Assembly (NCBI GenBank): GCA_001783215.1
Contig: MFRA01000001.1
Span: 62,161-126,160, forward strand
Reading direction: 5' to 3'
Origin: Candidatus Magasanikbacteria bacterium RIFOXYD1_FULL_40_23
GTDB taxonomy: Bacteria; Patescibacteriota; Patescibacteriia; Magasanikbacterales; GWA2-37-8
DNA length: 64,000 nt
Part shown: positions 56,001 to 64,000 of the stretch, one piece after another
Layout of the letters: each line of letters starts with the position of its first letter
Position numbering within the stretch: position 1 is the stretch's first letter
The notes under the pieces: generated by a model
Database searches by the model: none
Seen by the model: only the letters and a program-made list of their open reading frames with translations
Told to the model about the DNA's origin: nothing
Position numbers and translations under genes: made by a program

Positions 56001-56420
56001 ATTACAGGTAAAATAGATAAGATTGTTCCCAATGAGCAGGACAAGGTGTTGGAAGTTTATGATTTTAAAACAGGAAAACCCCAAAAAGATTGGAATGGAA
56101 AAAATGAAATTAAAAAAATCCAACTTCATAATTATAAAAGACAGCTTGTCTTCTATAAACTTTTGGTAGAAGGTTCACGTGATTTTCATAAATACAGAGT
56201 AAACAATGGATACTTGGAGTTCTTGAATCCTGCTAGCGACGAAGAAATGGTCGTGTTGCCATATGTGATTACTTCCGAAGATGTGGAGAGGCTAAAGAAA
56301 TTAATACAGGCTGTTTATAACAAGATACAAGCGTTAGACTTTTTGGATGTTAATAAGTATGAGCCAACTTTGGAGGGTATGCTTCAATTTGAAGATGATT
56401 TAATAAATGGTGTGGTTTAA
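53064..56420 (+). CDS. UvrD-family helicase fused to C-terminal PD-(D/E)xK nuclease domain (AddA/RecB-like)
   Basis: N-terminal IAGPGSGKTELL, YILVDEFQDTN, C-terminal GKIDKIV...EVYDFKTGK nuclease-like block. Confidence 0.7.
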   Translation: MTTGSAKSVNDAVFLQKYKKLNEQQKLAVDTIEGAVLVIAGPGSGKTELLSLRVANILQKGDVYPSNILCLTFTDFAAKNMSDRLSALIGVDAHRVAIHTFHSFALNIKNRFQENFYEAQKMNASDELIQIETLSEILATLPLSDALSKKDATGAYFYLNSIKDRIGKLKKAGITPLEYQKILNTNSVCYKEIEKILIPAFQDRISKSLRDELPKIIAQIDAIKTPSVPVDHSSLFDYKELLMQSLSFAYEKSVEENGTKSLTVWKDEWLKKDSDTKELHLKDAHQLERNISLAQVYKIYQEKMLLAGYVDFDDMIMDLLRVLHSKKGILSQLQEQYQYILVDEFQDTNDAQMRIINLLADNSVNENNPNIMVVGDDDQAVYKFQGAEINNILQFKKQYPKAKIITLSKNYRSTKEIVDFSQIIISQGDVRLTNQVKEIEKKLEAANPNIAEGAIVAHTFDTALHEYAYVATEIKNKIDSGVNPDDIAVIARNHYQLEMVSTYLETENIPIKYEKQRNILNEPQIQQLISLARLVESISSSSTNYQNDLLPIVLSFPFWEIERQTIWQLSIDASKTIKSDKNGRWIDVMLAGENAHLKNIANWLLTLAGEAQTDPLDSMFDKLIGPEEEMDSFSSPFRRFYFSKEKYEQNPRAYLQFLSSLNTFKNTISLYGTRTNSPRLASLVACVDVYQKNNLAITDTSPYLSGTNAVSLLTAHKAKGSEFDTVFVVNCQNDVWAKSQGRDMIAFPKNLPIDPSGDTLDDFLRIFFVALTRAKRHLYVTSYIKEENGKDSLQIPFLEPSIFADFDHKIDAAHQKMELLHTIKTLEKNILPKVGPIATDERPILQPLLDNYIMSVTHLNNFLDVEKGGPHHFFEQNFLRFPQAKSAHTSYGTAMHETMQGIYNYIKSTGKKPSLSKAQEIFKEKLVQQAMSEQDFKNYLEEGNSAWKVYIEKVSDRFDPSHWIETDFRTQSVMIENVQITGKIDKIVPNEQDKVLEVYDFKTGKPQKDWNGKNEIKKIQLHNYKRQLVFYKLLVEGSRDFHKYRVNNGYLEFLNPASDEEMVVLPYVITSEDVERLKKLIQAVYNKIQALDFLDVNKYEPTLEGMLQFEDDLINGVV

Positions 56421-56440
56421 TTTAGATAAGTATTCTTGAT

Positions 56441-56524
56441 TTATATAGGGGCTAAAGCCACATATATACTCGTTCGCTCAAAAATATATTAGCAAGCTAA
56501 ATATTTTATTTACTCACTTCGTAT
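56441..56524 (+). repeat. ~85-bp intergenic hairpin repeat abutting start codon of DUF721-like gene
   Basis: tttatataggggctaaagccacatatatactcgttcgctcaaaaatatattagcaagctaaatattttatttactcacttcgtat then ATG; ~90% identical to 47476 copy. Confidence 0.8.
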
Positions 56525-56821
56525 ATGGCAATGCAATCACTAGGACAAATTCTAAAAAAACAAATGCCGCAAAGCTCCGCTGGCAAACAAGTGACAGCCA
56601 GCTTTATCGTAGAAAAAGCAAACCAAACTATAAAAGAACTATTTGGTGCTGGTTCATCTAAATTTTGTCAGGCTGTATATTTCAAAGATAAAACTATCGC
56701 CATTACTTGTCTTAGCTCCGTAATGGCTCAAGAAATTAAGCTAAACGAGAAAAAAATAATATCTGCAACTAACGATAAATTGGGTGTGCAAGCTATAGAA
56801 AAAGTGCGATATTTGTTCTAA
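56525..56821 (+). CDS. DUF721/DciA-like small protein
   Basis: 98 aa; pattern ...ASFIVEKANQTIKELFGAGSSKFCQAVYFKDKTIAITCLSSVMAQEIKLNEKKII... resembles DUF721 (V..F..G.L.I.V.S..WAQEL). Confidence 0.45.
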   Translation: MAMQSLGQILKKQMPQSSAGKQVTASFIVEKANQTIKELFGAGSSKFCQAVYFKDKTIAITCLSSVMAQEIKLNEKKIISATNDKLGVQAIEKVRYLF

Positions 56822-56858
56822 AATAGATACTTGCCAAACCGCCAAAACAAGGCTAAAC

Positions 56859-57278
56859 TTGACTCAGCGGAGCTTAAATTATATGTCCTTACGTCAATAC
56901 CTTATCCTAATGTCTATCGGGGCTTTAATCTGCTGGTTAGCCTGGTTTTTTGTGCTAGGTAGCACAGACCCGGCCGAGGCTGGATTTTTTGGATTTTTAT
57001 TCTTCTATACCAGTTTATTCCTAGCTCTGGCAGGTACCTTTTCAGTTATTGGTTTCCTTATCAAGAAAATAATTTTAAAAGATGACCAAGTTGTTTTTCA
57101 TCACGTGAAGTCTACTTTTAGACAGGGGATGCTACTAGCCGGAATTTTAATCGCAGGGTTAATTTTATTGCAAACAGATTTGCTTGCTTGGTGGAGCGCC
57201 ACGTTACTCGTTTTATTATTTATAGCCATAGAAGGCATTATTTTTACAAGTAGAAAATATAACAACCGAGGATTTTAA
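56859..57278 (+). CDS. membrane protein of unknown function
   Basis: four hydrophobic segments in 139 aa. Confidence 0.5.
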   Translation: MTQRSLNYMSLRQYLILMSIGALICWLAWFFVLGSTDPAEAGFFGFLFFYTSLFLALAGTFSVIGFLIKKIILKDDQVVFHHVKSTFRQGMLLAGILIAGLILLQTDLLAWWSATLLVLLFIAIEGIIFTSRKYNNRGF

Positions 57279-57286
57279 TTTAAACC

Positions 57287-58345
57287 GTGTTTTGTAAGGT
57301 TATGTTTGAAGGATTGCTAGAAAAATTTAGAAAAGATATCGGAATTGATTTGGGTACTGCCAATACTCTTGTGTATGTAAAAGGTAGAGGAATTGTGATT
57401 AATGAACCAAGTGTAGTTGCTGTAAATACTAAAACCGAACAAATCTTGGCAGTTGGCAACGAAGCCAAAGAAATGTTGGGTAAAACTCCTCCGCATATTC
57501 TTACCACTCGTCCACTTATCAGCGGTATTATTTCCGACTTTGAAGTTACCGAAAAAATGCTTAAATACTTTATTGATAAAGTTTATGAAAATAACATGAA
57601 CTTCATGACTCGCCCTAGAGTAGTGGTGGGCGCTCCGATGGAAATTACCGAAGTAGAGTTAAAAGCTATTAATGATGCGGCTACCAATGCCGGCGCGCGC
57701 GAAGTAATAGTTGTGCAAGAGCCTATGGCCGCTGCAATTGGCGCCCGTATGCCTATTCGTGAACCGATAGGCAATTTTATTGTAGAAATTGGCGGAGGTA
57801 CGGCCGAAATTGCAGTTATATCGCTTAGTGGTATCGTTACTTGGCGCTCTATTCCGGTAGCCGGAGACGAGTTAAATCGAAATATTATTCAGTATGCCCG
57901 AGATAATTTTAATTTGTTATTAGGTGAAAAACAGGCCGAAGAAATAAAAATTAAAATTGGATCTGCGATAGAGTTAAACGAACCCATGCAATTTCCAATG
58001 CGTGGCCGAGATTTGGTCTCTGGTTTGCCAAAAGAAGTTATGATTGTAGATCAACAGGTAAGAGAGGCGATTAGCAAATCACTACGAGCAATTATAGAAA
58101 ATATAAAAGGAGTGCTCGAAATTACACCGCCGGAATTGGTGGCCGATATTCATGAACGAGGCATCGTGCTTTCTGGTGGCGGAGCGCTGTTGCGTGGTTT
58201 TGATCAACTTATTACTAGAGCGGTAGAGATTCCGGTGCGTATTGCCGACGATCCGCTTACTTCGGTTGTGCGTGGTACGGGTATACTCCTAGACGAGGCA
58301 GAACTTTTAAACGAAATATCCGTTAAGAATCCAAATAGACAGTAA
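57287..58345 (+). CDS. mreB: rod shape-determining actin homologue MreB (start probably at MFEGLLEKF, 57302)
   Basis: IGIDLGTANTLVYV phosphate-1 motif, GGGTAEIAV, VLSGGGALL. Confidence 0.9.
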   Translation: MFCKVMFEGLLEKFRKDIGIDLGTANTLVYVKGRGIVINEPSVVAVNTKTEQILAVGNEAKEMLGKTPPHILTTRPLISGIISDFEVTEKMLKYFIDKVYENNMNFMTRPRVVVGAPMEITEVELKAINDAATNAGAREVIVVQEPMAAAIGARMPIREPIGNFIVEIGGGTAEIAVISLSGIVTWRSIPVAGDELNRNIIQYARDNFNLLLGEKQAEEIKIKIGSAIELNEPMQFPMRGRDLVSGLPKEVMIVDQQVREAISKSLRAIIENIKGVLEITPPELVADIHERGIVLSGGGALLRGFDQLITRAVEIPVRIADDPLTSVVRGTGILLDEAELLNEISVKNPNRQ

Positions 58346-58357
58346 TTTTTCCGGCCT

Positions 58358-59158
58358 ATGCTTCGTTTTAAAGCAAAAAACTATTTCTTCTTGGGTTTTG
58401 TTTTGGCTTTGATTATTATTTTTCATTATTTAGGTTGGTTAAACTTCTTGGAAAGGGGAGCGCGATCAATAATTGTTCCCATCTCTTCCAAAATTACTCA
58501 TTGGCGATTATCTTCGCAAGATTCTTATGATTATTTTTCTAACAAAGAAGAAGTGGTAAGTAATTACACCAAGTGTCTTGAAAAAAATCAAAACTTTGAA
58601 GTGGCTGACGCTAAACTAAAAAATTTGGAACAAGAAAATATTGAATTAAAAAAACAATTAAATTTTCTTCGCAGTCATAATTTTAAGAATGTTACGGCCG
58701 AAGTGGTGGGAAGAAATACAGATAGCGTAGAAAAAATGATTATCATAAGCGCGGGCGAAACTTCTGGAATAAAATTGAATCAGCCTGTTGTGGTAGGTGA
58801 TGGAATATTGGTTGGCACTATTGCCAAGGTAGAGAAAAATATTTCTATGGTTCGGCTTATAAACGATAACCAAAGTAAAATTGCAGCTACACTGCTAAAC
58901 AAAGATGGAAGTTTGGGTGTGGTAGAAGGCGGTTACGGACTTAGTATAAAGATGAATTTTATCCCTAGAAATGAAACTGTGCTTATCGGTGATCAGATAA
59001 TTACGTCTGGAATGGAACAAACCATACCGCGCGGATTGCTCATTGGAGAAGTGGCTATTGCCGAAAACGAAGCCTATCAGCCGTTTCAGCAAGCGGTTCT
59101 GACTGCCAGCACAGATCTTTCCAAACTATTTATTGTGAGTGTTTTAGTTTCTAACTAG
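58358..59158 (+). CDS. mreC: rod shape-determining protein MreC
   Basis: N-terminal TM, coiled-coil (LKNLEQENIELKKQLNFL), beta-rich C-terminal domain; follows mreB. Confidence 0.8.
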   Translation: MLRFKAKNYFFLGFVLALIIIFHYLGWLNFLERGARSIIVPISSKITHWRLSSQDSYDYFSNKEEVVSNYTKCLEKNQNFEVADAKLKNLEQENIELKKQLNFLRSHNFKNVTAEVVGRNTDSVEKMIIISAGETSGIKLNQPVVVGDGILVGTIAKVEKNISMVRLINDNQSKIAATLLNKDGSLGVVEGGYGLSIKMNFIPRNETVLIGDQIITSGMEQTIPRGLLIGEVAIAENEAYQPFQQAVLTASTDLSKLFIVSVLVSN

Positions 59159-59165
59159 CGATTGT

Positions 59166-59708
59166 ATGCAAACACTTTGGAAAATAATAATGTTTTTTTT
59201 GTCTATTTTCCTTATATTAGCCGCTCATATTTTTGTTGTTAATTTTTTGCCATTTCCTTTTAGCCATATAAACATCATCTTTTCTCTCTCTTTACTTATT
59301 TTAACTATATCTCCAAGTAGTAGGGTGCTGTGGCTGGCTCTTATTACCTCTTATGTTTCCGAGTTGTTTAGCAGCATACCTTTTGGTATTGGTACGGCAG
59401 CTCTTTTTATTAGCCTGCTTATTATAAATTGGTTTCAGTTAAATATCCTCACTAACCGTTCGGTTTATATGATATTTCTTTCTGCTATTTTGGGCATATC
59501 TTTATATCGGGCTTTGTTTGTATTGCTGCTTACTGTAAATAATTATTTTTATAGTTTAGCCCCGCTTCCTTACAGAGAGATTTTGGCGGACGCAGGTTGG
59601 GAAGTGCTACTATCTTCTTTACTGTTGTTTTTCTTGTATCTGTTAGATGTTAAATTCTTAAGACATTTTCGTTCGTCTTCTTCAAAAAGTATACGCATGT
59701 ATGGTTAA
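59166..59708 (+). CDS. mreD: MreD-like membrane protein
   Basis: 180 aa, five hydrophobic segments, position between mreC and PBP2. Confidence 0.6.
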   Translation: MQTLWKIIMFFLSIFLILAAHIFVVNFLPFPFSHINIIFSLSLLILTISPSSRVLWLALITSYVSELFSSIPFGIGTAALFISLLIINWFQLNILTNRSVYMIFLSAILGISLYRALFVLLLTVNNYFYSLAPLPYREILADAGWEVLLSSLLLFFLYLLDVKFLRHFRSSSSKSIRMYG

Positions 59709-61671
59709 ACTATTTGATATTTCCGAAGATAAAATTCAGCGAGGGGATTTGGAAGGCAAATATAGCCACGAATGGGTGGAGGAGTCTTTTAATTTTGAAA
59801 GCCATACTGGCAAACAAATACCATTATCACATACTAGAACATATTTAGGTACCAGTATTTCCAAGAAAAATATCTTGATTATGACGCTCGTTGTAATGAC
59901 TGGATTAGCTGTGTTGTTTGGTAAAACTTTTTATTTACAGATAATAAAAGGCGGATATTACCGTGATTTGGCAGAAGGAAATAGAATTCGTTTGCGACCC
60001 ATACTTTCGGAACGGGGGATTATCTACGACAGATTTCATACAGAATTGGTAGAAAACGTGCCAAATTTTTCTCTTGCGCTTATTCCGCAAGATTTGCCGC
60101 GCAATGCCGGAAAAAGAGATGCGGTTTTAGAAAAGGTGGTCGCGCTGAGCGGGGTAAATAAGAGTCAGATAGTAGATTTATTAAAAAAATATAGCTCATA
60201 TAGCTACGCCTCTTTGGTTATAAAAGAAAATTTAGATTACGATTCGGCTTTGAAATTATATATCCAAAGTTCTTTTTTACCGGGTATTTCTATTGAAAAA
60301 GGAAGTAAAAGAAAATATATAGCTAGCGCAAATGCTTCAAGCAGTAGCTTAAGTGTTTCTCATCTGTTGGGTTATTTGGGCAAATTAAACGATCAAGAAA
60401 TAGCTCAGTTAAAAGACAAGGAAGAATATTTACCGTTTGATAATATCGGAAAAACAGGTTTAGAAAAAATCTATGAAGCTTCATTGCGCGGAGAATACGG
60501 CTTGAAAAAAGTAGAAGTAAATGCGATTGGTCAGGAGCAGAGTATTTTGGCAGAAGATCCGCCGCGTCCTGGCAGTAATTTAATTTTAACGTTAGATTTG
60601 GAAGCTCAAAAAAAATTAGAGGAGCTGACAAAAAACATGTTAGTGAAACTTGGTAAAAAACGGGCGGCGGCAATTGCTATGGATCCGCGAGATGGTTCTA
60701 TTTTGGCAATGGTAAGTTTGCCAGCGTTTAATAATAATGAATTTTCCGGAGGCATCTCTCAACAAGCATATAGTGAATATACAAACAATCCGGACCACCC
60801 GTTATTTAACAGGTCTATTGGCGGAACATATCCATCCGGATCGGTCGTAAAGCTGGTTGTAGCAGCAGCCGCTTTGGAAGAAAAAATAATTACTCCCGTT
60901 ACTGCTTTTTTGAGTACAGGTGGGTTGCAGATAGGCGATAGAATGTTTAGAGATTGGAAGTTGGGTGGTCACGGTAGTACTAATGTAACCAGAGGCATAG
61001 CCTGGTCGGTAAATACTTTTTTTTATTATGTTGGTGGTGGTTATAAAAATTTTGTCGGCTTGGGGGTAGACAGAATAATTAAGTATATGGCTTTCTTTAA
61101 TATTGGTAAAAAAACCGATATAGATTTAACCGGAGAAGCCTCGGGGTTTTTGCCAAGCAAAGACTGGAAATTCAAAACAAAGGGGGAGCAGTGGTATGTT
61201 GGTGATACGTATAACCTTTCTATTGGTCAGGGGGATTTGTTAGTTACGCCTTTGCAGGTAGCAGTTTGGACAGCGGCCGTAGCCAATGGTGGTAGTGTAG
61301 TACAGCCGCATTTGGGCATGCATTTAGAAGAACCGGTAACTCATAACAAACTACCTCTAAATTTTAAAAAAACTAGCGTGCCAGTGTCTGCAGTAAATCT
61401 GGCCACGGTACGCCTAGGGATGAAAGAATGCGTGGTTTATGGAAGTTGCCAAATTATGAAAGGCTTGCCTTTTTCTAGTGGTGGCAAGACAGGGACAGCC
61501 CAGTGGAATGCCAACAAAGATAACCACGCCTGGTTTACCTCCTTTGCTCCATATGACAACCCTCAAATAGTGGTGGCCATTCTGGTAGAAGAAGGGGAAG
61601 AGGGTAGTACAGCCGCCCAGCCAATTGCTAGGGATTTTCTGCTTTGGTGGGGCAAAAAGTACCTAGATTAG
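59701..61671 (+). CDS. mrdA: penicillin-binding protein 2 (class B transpeptidase)
   Basis: N-terminal anchor, dimerisation domain, SGSVVK (SxxK), SVN (SxN), KTGTAQ (KTG) motifs. Confidence 0.85.
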   Translation: MVKLFDISEDKIQRGDLEGKYSHEWVEESFNFESHTGKQIPLSHTRTYLGTSISKKNILIMTLVVMTGLAVLFGKTFYLQIIKGGYYRDLAEGNRIRLRPILSERGIIYDRFHTELVENVPNFSLALIPQDLPRNAGKRDAVLEKVVALSGVNKSQIVDLLKKYSSYSYASLVIKENLDYDSALKLYIQSSFLPGISIEKGSKRKYIASANASSSSLSVSHLLGYLGKLNDQEIAQLKDKEEYLPFDNIGKTGLEKIYEASLRGEYGLKKVEVNAIGQEQSILAEDPPRPGSNLILTLDLEAQKKLEELTKNMLVKLGKKRAAAIAMDPRDGSILAMVSLPAFNNNEFSGGISQQAYSEYTNNPDHPLFNRSIGGTYPSGSVVKLVVAAAALEEKIITPVTAFLSTGGLQIGDRMFRDWKLGGHGSTNVTRGIAWSVNTFFYYVGGGYKNFVGLGVDRIIKYMAFFNIGKKTDIDLTGEASGFLPSKDWKFKTKGEQWYVGDTYNLSIGQGDLLVTPLQVAVWTAAVANGGSVVQPHLGMHLEEPVTHNKLPLNFKKTSVPVSAVNLATVRLGMKECVVYGSCQIMKGLPFSSGGKTGTAQWNANKDNHAWFTSFAPYDNPQIVVAILVEEGEEGSTAAQPIARDFLLWWGKKYLD

Positions 61672-61769
61672 TATTTTGATTTTTTTTGCTGTTATGATAT
61701 ACTTTTTCTATGCCTTTATGGCTATTTTTTACCAGTTTACTCATTAATTAAACTTACAAAAGTTATTGT

Positions 61770-62240
61770 ATGTCCGATGAAAATACTCAGTATCTTACAG
61801 CTCAAGGATTAGCAGATTTACAAAAAGAATTTAATTTTTTAAAAGACACCAAAATACCGGATATTGCCAATCGTATAGATGAAGCCAAGCAGCACGGTGA
61901 TTTATCCGAAAATGCTGAGTATCATCAAGCCAAAGAAGAGATGGCTTGGGCGCAGGGAAGAAAGCAAGAAGTGCAATATATTTTGGATAATGCCGAAATA
62001 ATGAATGTTGGCAGCCAAGTTGCAGGTTCTATTTCTGTTGGCAGTACTATTACTGTAAAAACAAACGACAAAACAAAATCTTATACAATTGTAGGTCCTC
62101 AGGAAGCAGATCCAATGGAAGGCAAAATTTCCAATGAATCTCCGATGGGCGGAGCGTTTATTGGTCATAAAGTCGGTGATAAAGTAACGGTACGAACTCC
62201 GGCAGGGCAGCAAACCTATGAAATTTTAGAAGTGAAGTAA
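61770..62240 (+). CDS. greA: transcription elongation factor GreA
   Basis: N-terminal coiled-coil with DLSENAEYHQAKEE acidic tip, C-terminal FKBP-like domain. Confidence 0.9.
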   Translation: MSDENTQYLTAQGLADLQKEFNFLKDTKIPDIANRIDEAKQHGDLSENAEYHQAKEEMAWAQGRKQEVQYILDNAEIMNVGSQVAGSISVGSTITVKTNDKTKSYTIVGPQEADPMEGKISNESPMGGAFIGHKVGDKVTVRTPAGQQTYEILEVK

Positions 62241-62256
62241 CTAAATACCACATAAT

Positions 62257-63720
62257 ATGTCAGACGAAATTCGGGAGGATAAAGTTAGATTAGAAAGATT
62301 GGAATTTTTGCGTTCAAATGGTGTTAATCCGTATCCAAGCCATACCGAAGAGAGAATTTCTGTCGCTGAAGCTTTGTCTAAACCAGAAACAACTAGTGTA
62401 AAAATTGCCGGTCGTCTTGTGGCCAAAAGAGAAATGGGCAAGATCAGTTTTTCGCATATAAAAGACGCCAGTGGCAAAATGCAGATTGCTTTTTCCGAAA
62501 AAGAATTGGGCAAAGATAGTTATAAATTATTTATAAAATATTTTGATTTAGGAGATTTTTTGCATGTAGAAGGCGAACTTTTTATTACCCACAAAGGTGA
62601 GCTCACTGTTTTGGTAAAAAAATACGACTTATTAAGCAAAGCCTTGCTTCCGCTTCCAGAGAAGTTCCACGGTTTAAATGATATAGAAACCAGATATCGC
62701 CAAAGATATTTGGATCTGATTGCCAATGATGAATCTATGCGAATTGCCAAAATTCGCAGTTTGATTGTGCGAGAAATTCGAAACTATTTTGATAGTAAAG
62801 GCTTCTTTGAAGTAGAAACACCGGTATTGCAAACTTTGTATGGTGGGGCACTAGCTAAACCATTTACCACCCATCACAATGCTTTGGATATTCCTTTGTA
62901 TTTACGCGTAGCCCCCGAACTATATCTAAAACGGCTTATTGTCGGTGGGTTTGAAAAAGTATACGAAATAGCTAAATGCTTCCGAAACGAAGGTATAGAC
63001 AACAACCACAATCCAGAATTTACCCAGGTGGAATTTTATTGGGCATATGCCAACTACCAAGACCTTATGGATTTGGTAGAAGATTTATTGCCAAAAATAA
63101 TTACTACCGCTGGTTTGCCACTCAAATTTAAAGTAGGCGAAGACGAAGTAGACTTTACACCACCTTATCCCCGCAAAACTATGCGAGCGTTGATTAAAGA
63201 ATATGCCAAAATAGATATAGAGGAATTTCCAGACCAAAAATCTCTGTATGCAAAAATTAAAGATTTACATATTGATGGCGTAGATGCTAGTACCGGTTAT
63301 GGCAAAATGGTAGACGAAATATACAAAACATATGCCAGACCAAAAATTATCAATCCTGTTTTCATGACAGATCATCCGGTAGAGCTTTCTCCGTTAGCCA
63401 AAAGAAAAACCGACGATCCAAGATATGTAGAACGTCTACAGTTGGTTTGCGTTGGCGGAAACGAGCTTTGCAACGGCTTCTCCGAACTTAACGACCCGAT
63501 AGATCAAGAATCAAGATTTAAAGAACAAGAAAGATTGTCTGAAGCAGGGGATGAAGAGAGCATGCCATATGATGAAGATTTTGTAACTGCTCTCAAACAT
63601 GGTATGCCGCCAACAGCTGGTCTTGGTATGGGCATAGATAGACTAATTAAGCTTCTGCTTGATACTCAAAATTTAAAAGAAGTAATACTATTTCCAACGC
63701 TAAAACCGGAGAATAATTAG
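62257..63720 (+). CDS. lysS: lysyl-tRNA synthetase, class II
   Basis: OB-fold anticodon-binding N-terminus, class II motifs (FRNEGID, GGNELCNGFSELNDP, GLGMGIDRL). Confidence 0.95.
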   Translation: MSDEIREDKVRLERLEFLRSNGVNPYPSHTEERISVAEALSKPETTSVKIAGRLVAKREMGKISFSHIKDASGKMQIAFSEKELGKDSYKLFIKYFDLGDFLHVEGELFITHKGELTVLVKKYDLLSKALLPLPEKFHGLNDIETRYRQRYLDLIANDESMRIAKIRSLIVREIRNYFDSKGFFEVETPVLQTLYGGALAKPFTTHHNALDIPLYLRVAPELYLKRLIVGGFEKVYEIAKCFRNEGIDNNHNPEFTQVEFYWAYANYQDLMDLVEDLLPKIITTAGLPLKFKVGEDEVDFTPPYPRKTMRALIKEYAKIDIEEFPDQKSLYAKIKDLHIDGVDASTGYGKMVDEIYKTYARPKIINPVFMTDHPVELSPLAKRKTDDPRYVERLQLVCVGGNELCNGFSELNDPIDQESRFKEQERLSEAGDEESMPYDEDFVTALKHGMPPTAGLGMGIDRLIKLLLDTQNLKEVILFPTLKPENN

Positions 63721-63721
63721 T

Positions 63722-64000
63722 ATGTCAAAAAAAGTTTTAGTTTTTGGCACTTTTGATATAGTTCATGCCGGGCATATTCATATGCTAAACGAAGCCAAAG
63801 ATTATGGCGATTATCTTACGGTAATAGTTTCTAGGGATGACACAGCTGCTCAAGTAAAAGGGAATGCACCTATATATGGTGAAAACGATCGTGTAGAGGC
63901 TGTTAAAGCTTTAAGTATCGCCGATAAAGTAAGGTTGGGCAATTTGGGAGAAGATAAGTATCAGGTAATAAGGGAAGAAGATCCGGATATTATCGGTTTG
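63722..64000 (+). CDS. cytidylyltransferase-like nucleotidyltransferase (3' end beyond window)
   Basis: FGTFDIVHAGHIHML (HxGH) nucleotidyltransferase motif. Confidence 0.6.
   Translation, partial: MSKKVLVFGTFDIVHAGHIHMLNEAKDYGDYLTVIVSRDDTAAQVKGNAPIYGENDRVEAVKALSIADKVRLGNLGEDKYQVIREEDPDIIGL

Noticed and set aside
62241-62750. Minus-strand ORFs antisense to the lysS 5' region.
   Set aside because: They are opposite a highly conserved aaRS gene, have no promoter or SD, and are low-complexity.

Overview
This is a 64-kb window from an AT-rich, gene-dense, mostly plus-strand-coded bacterial chromosome. It looks like a reduced Patescibacteria/CPR-type genome, but that is an inference. The supporting signs are Shine-Dalgarno-poor core genes, an rpoA that ends after the N-terminal domain, an AlaRS without a C-terminal C-Ala domain, a short ATP synthase delta subunit, and many hypothetical membrane and surface proteins.

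Core content:
- Small-molecule hydrolases: a HIT-family hydrolase and a NUDIX hydrolase (1.2-2.2 kb).
- An orphan TraD/VirD4-like ATPase (2.2-4.2 kb).
- A giant repeat-rich surface protein with peptidoglycan-binding modules (4.3-8.1 kb).
- mnmA and alaS.
- The block infA-rpmJ-rpsM-rpsK-rpsD-rpoA-rplQ-rplM-rpsI (14-18.5 kb).
- A surface-glycan cluster with a Wzx-like flippase and GT4 and GT2 glycosyltransferases (20.4-24.3 kb).
- A run of small housekeeping and stress genes (24.3-27.7 kb): an NYN-domain protein, a MazG-like pyrophosphohydrolase, a rhodanese, ArfB and a GIY-YIG domain protein.
- A PIF1-like helicase.
- A secreted lipase-like giant protein (30.5-33.3 kb), followed by CvpA and TatD.
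- A complete F-type ATP synthase operon, atpZ-B-E-F-H-A-G-D-C (43.4-50.8 kb).
- An ABC exporter, an AddA-like helicase-nuclease, a DciA(DUF721)-like protein, mreBCD-mrdA, greA, lysS and a truncated cytidylyltransferase-like gene at the window end.

Accessory content stands out from this background:
(i) Two G+C-rich islands (29.54-30.47 kb and 36.06-39.69 kb) carry eight small genes on the minus strand. Each is monocistronic, with its own consensus sigma70-like promoter, strong Shine-Dalgarno site and intrinsic terminator. Several of the encoded proteins are predicted to be secreted. Three share a conserved structured 5' UTR hairpin that shows a compensatory base-pair change.
(ii) A 3.3-kb cassette of four unknown genes, one CheD-like, is bracketed by ~300-bp direct repeats. 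These repeats arise because the atp promoter and atpZ are duplicated, and the upstream copy is a decayed pseudogene.
(iii) A 44-aa peptide with 11 cysteines has its own promoter and terminator and sits just upstream of the ABC exporter.
(iv) An ~85-bp intergenic repeat containing a hairpin runs straight into the ATG of three genes.
(v) REP-like palindromic elements occur at several gene ends.
(vi) A small Shine-Dalgarno-bearing gene lies antisense between atpD and atpC.
(vii) There is a candidate structured ncRNA with RNase P-like motifs.

No tRNA, rRNA or CRISPR array was recognised.
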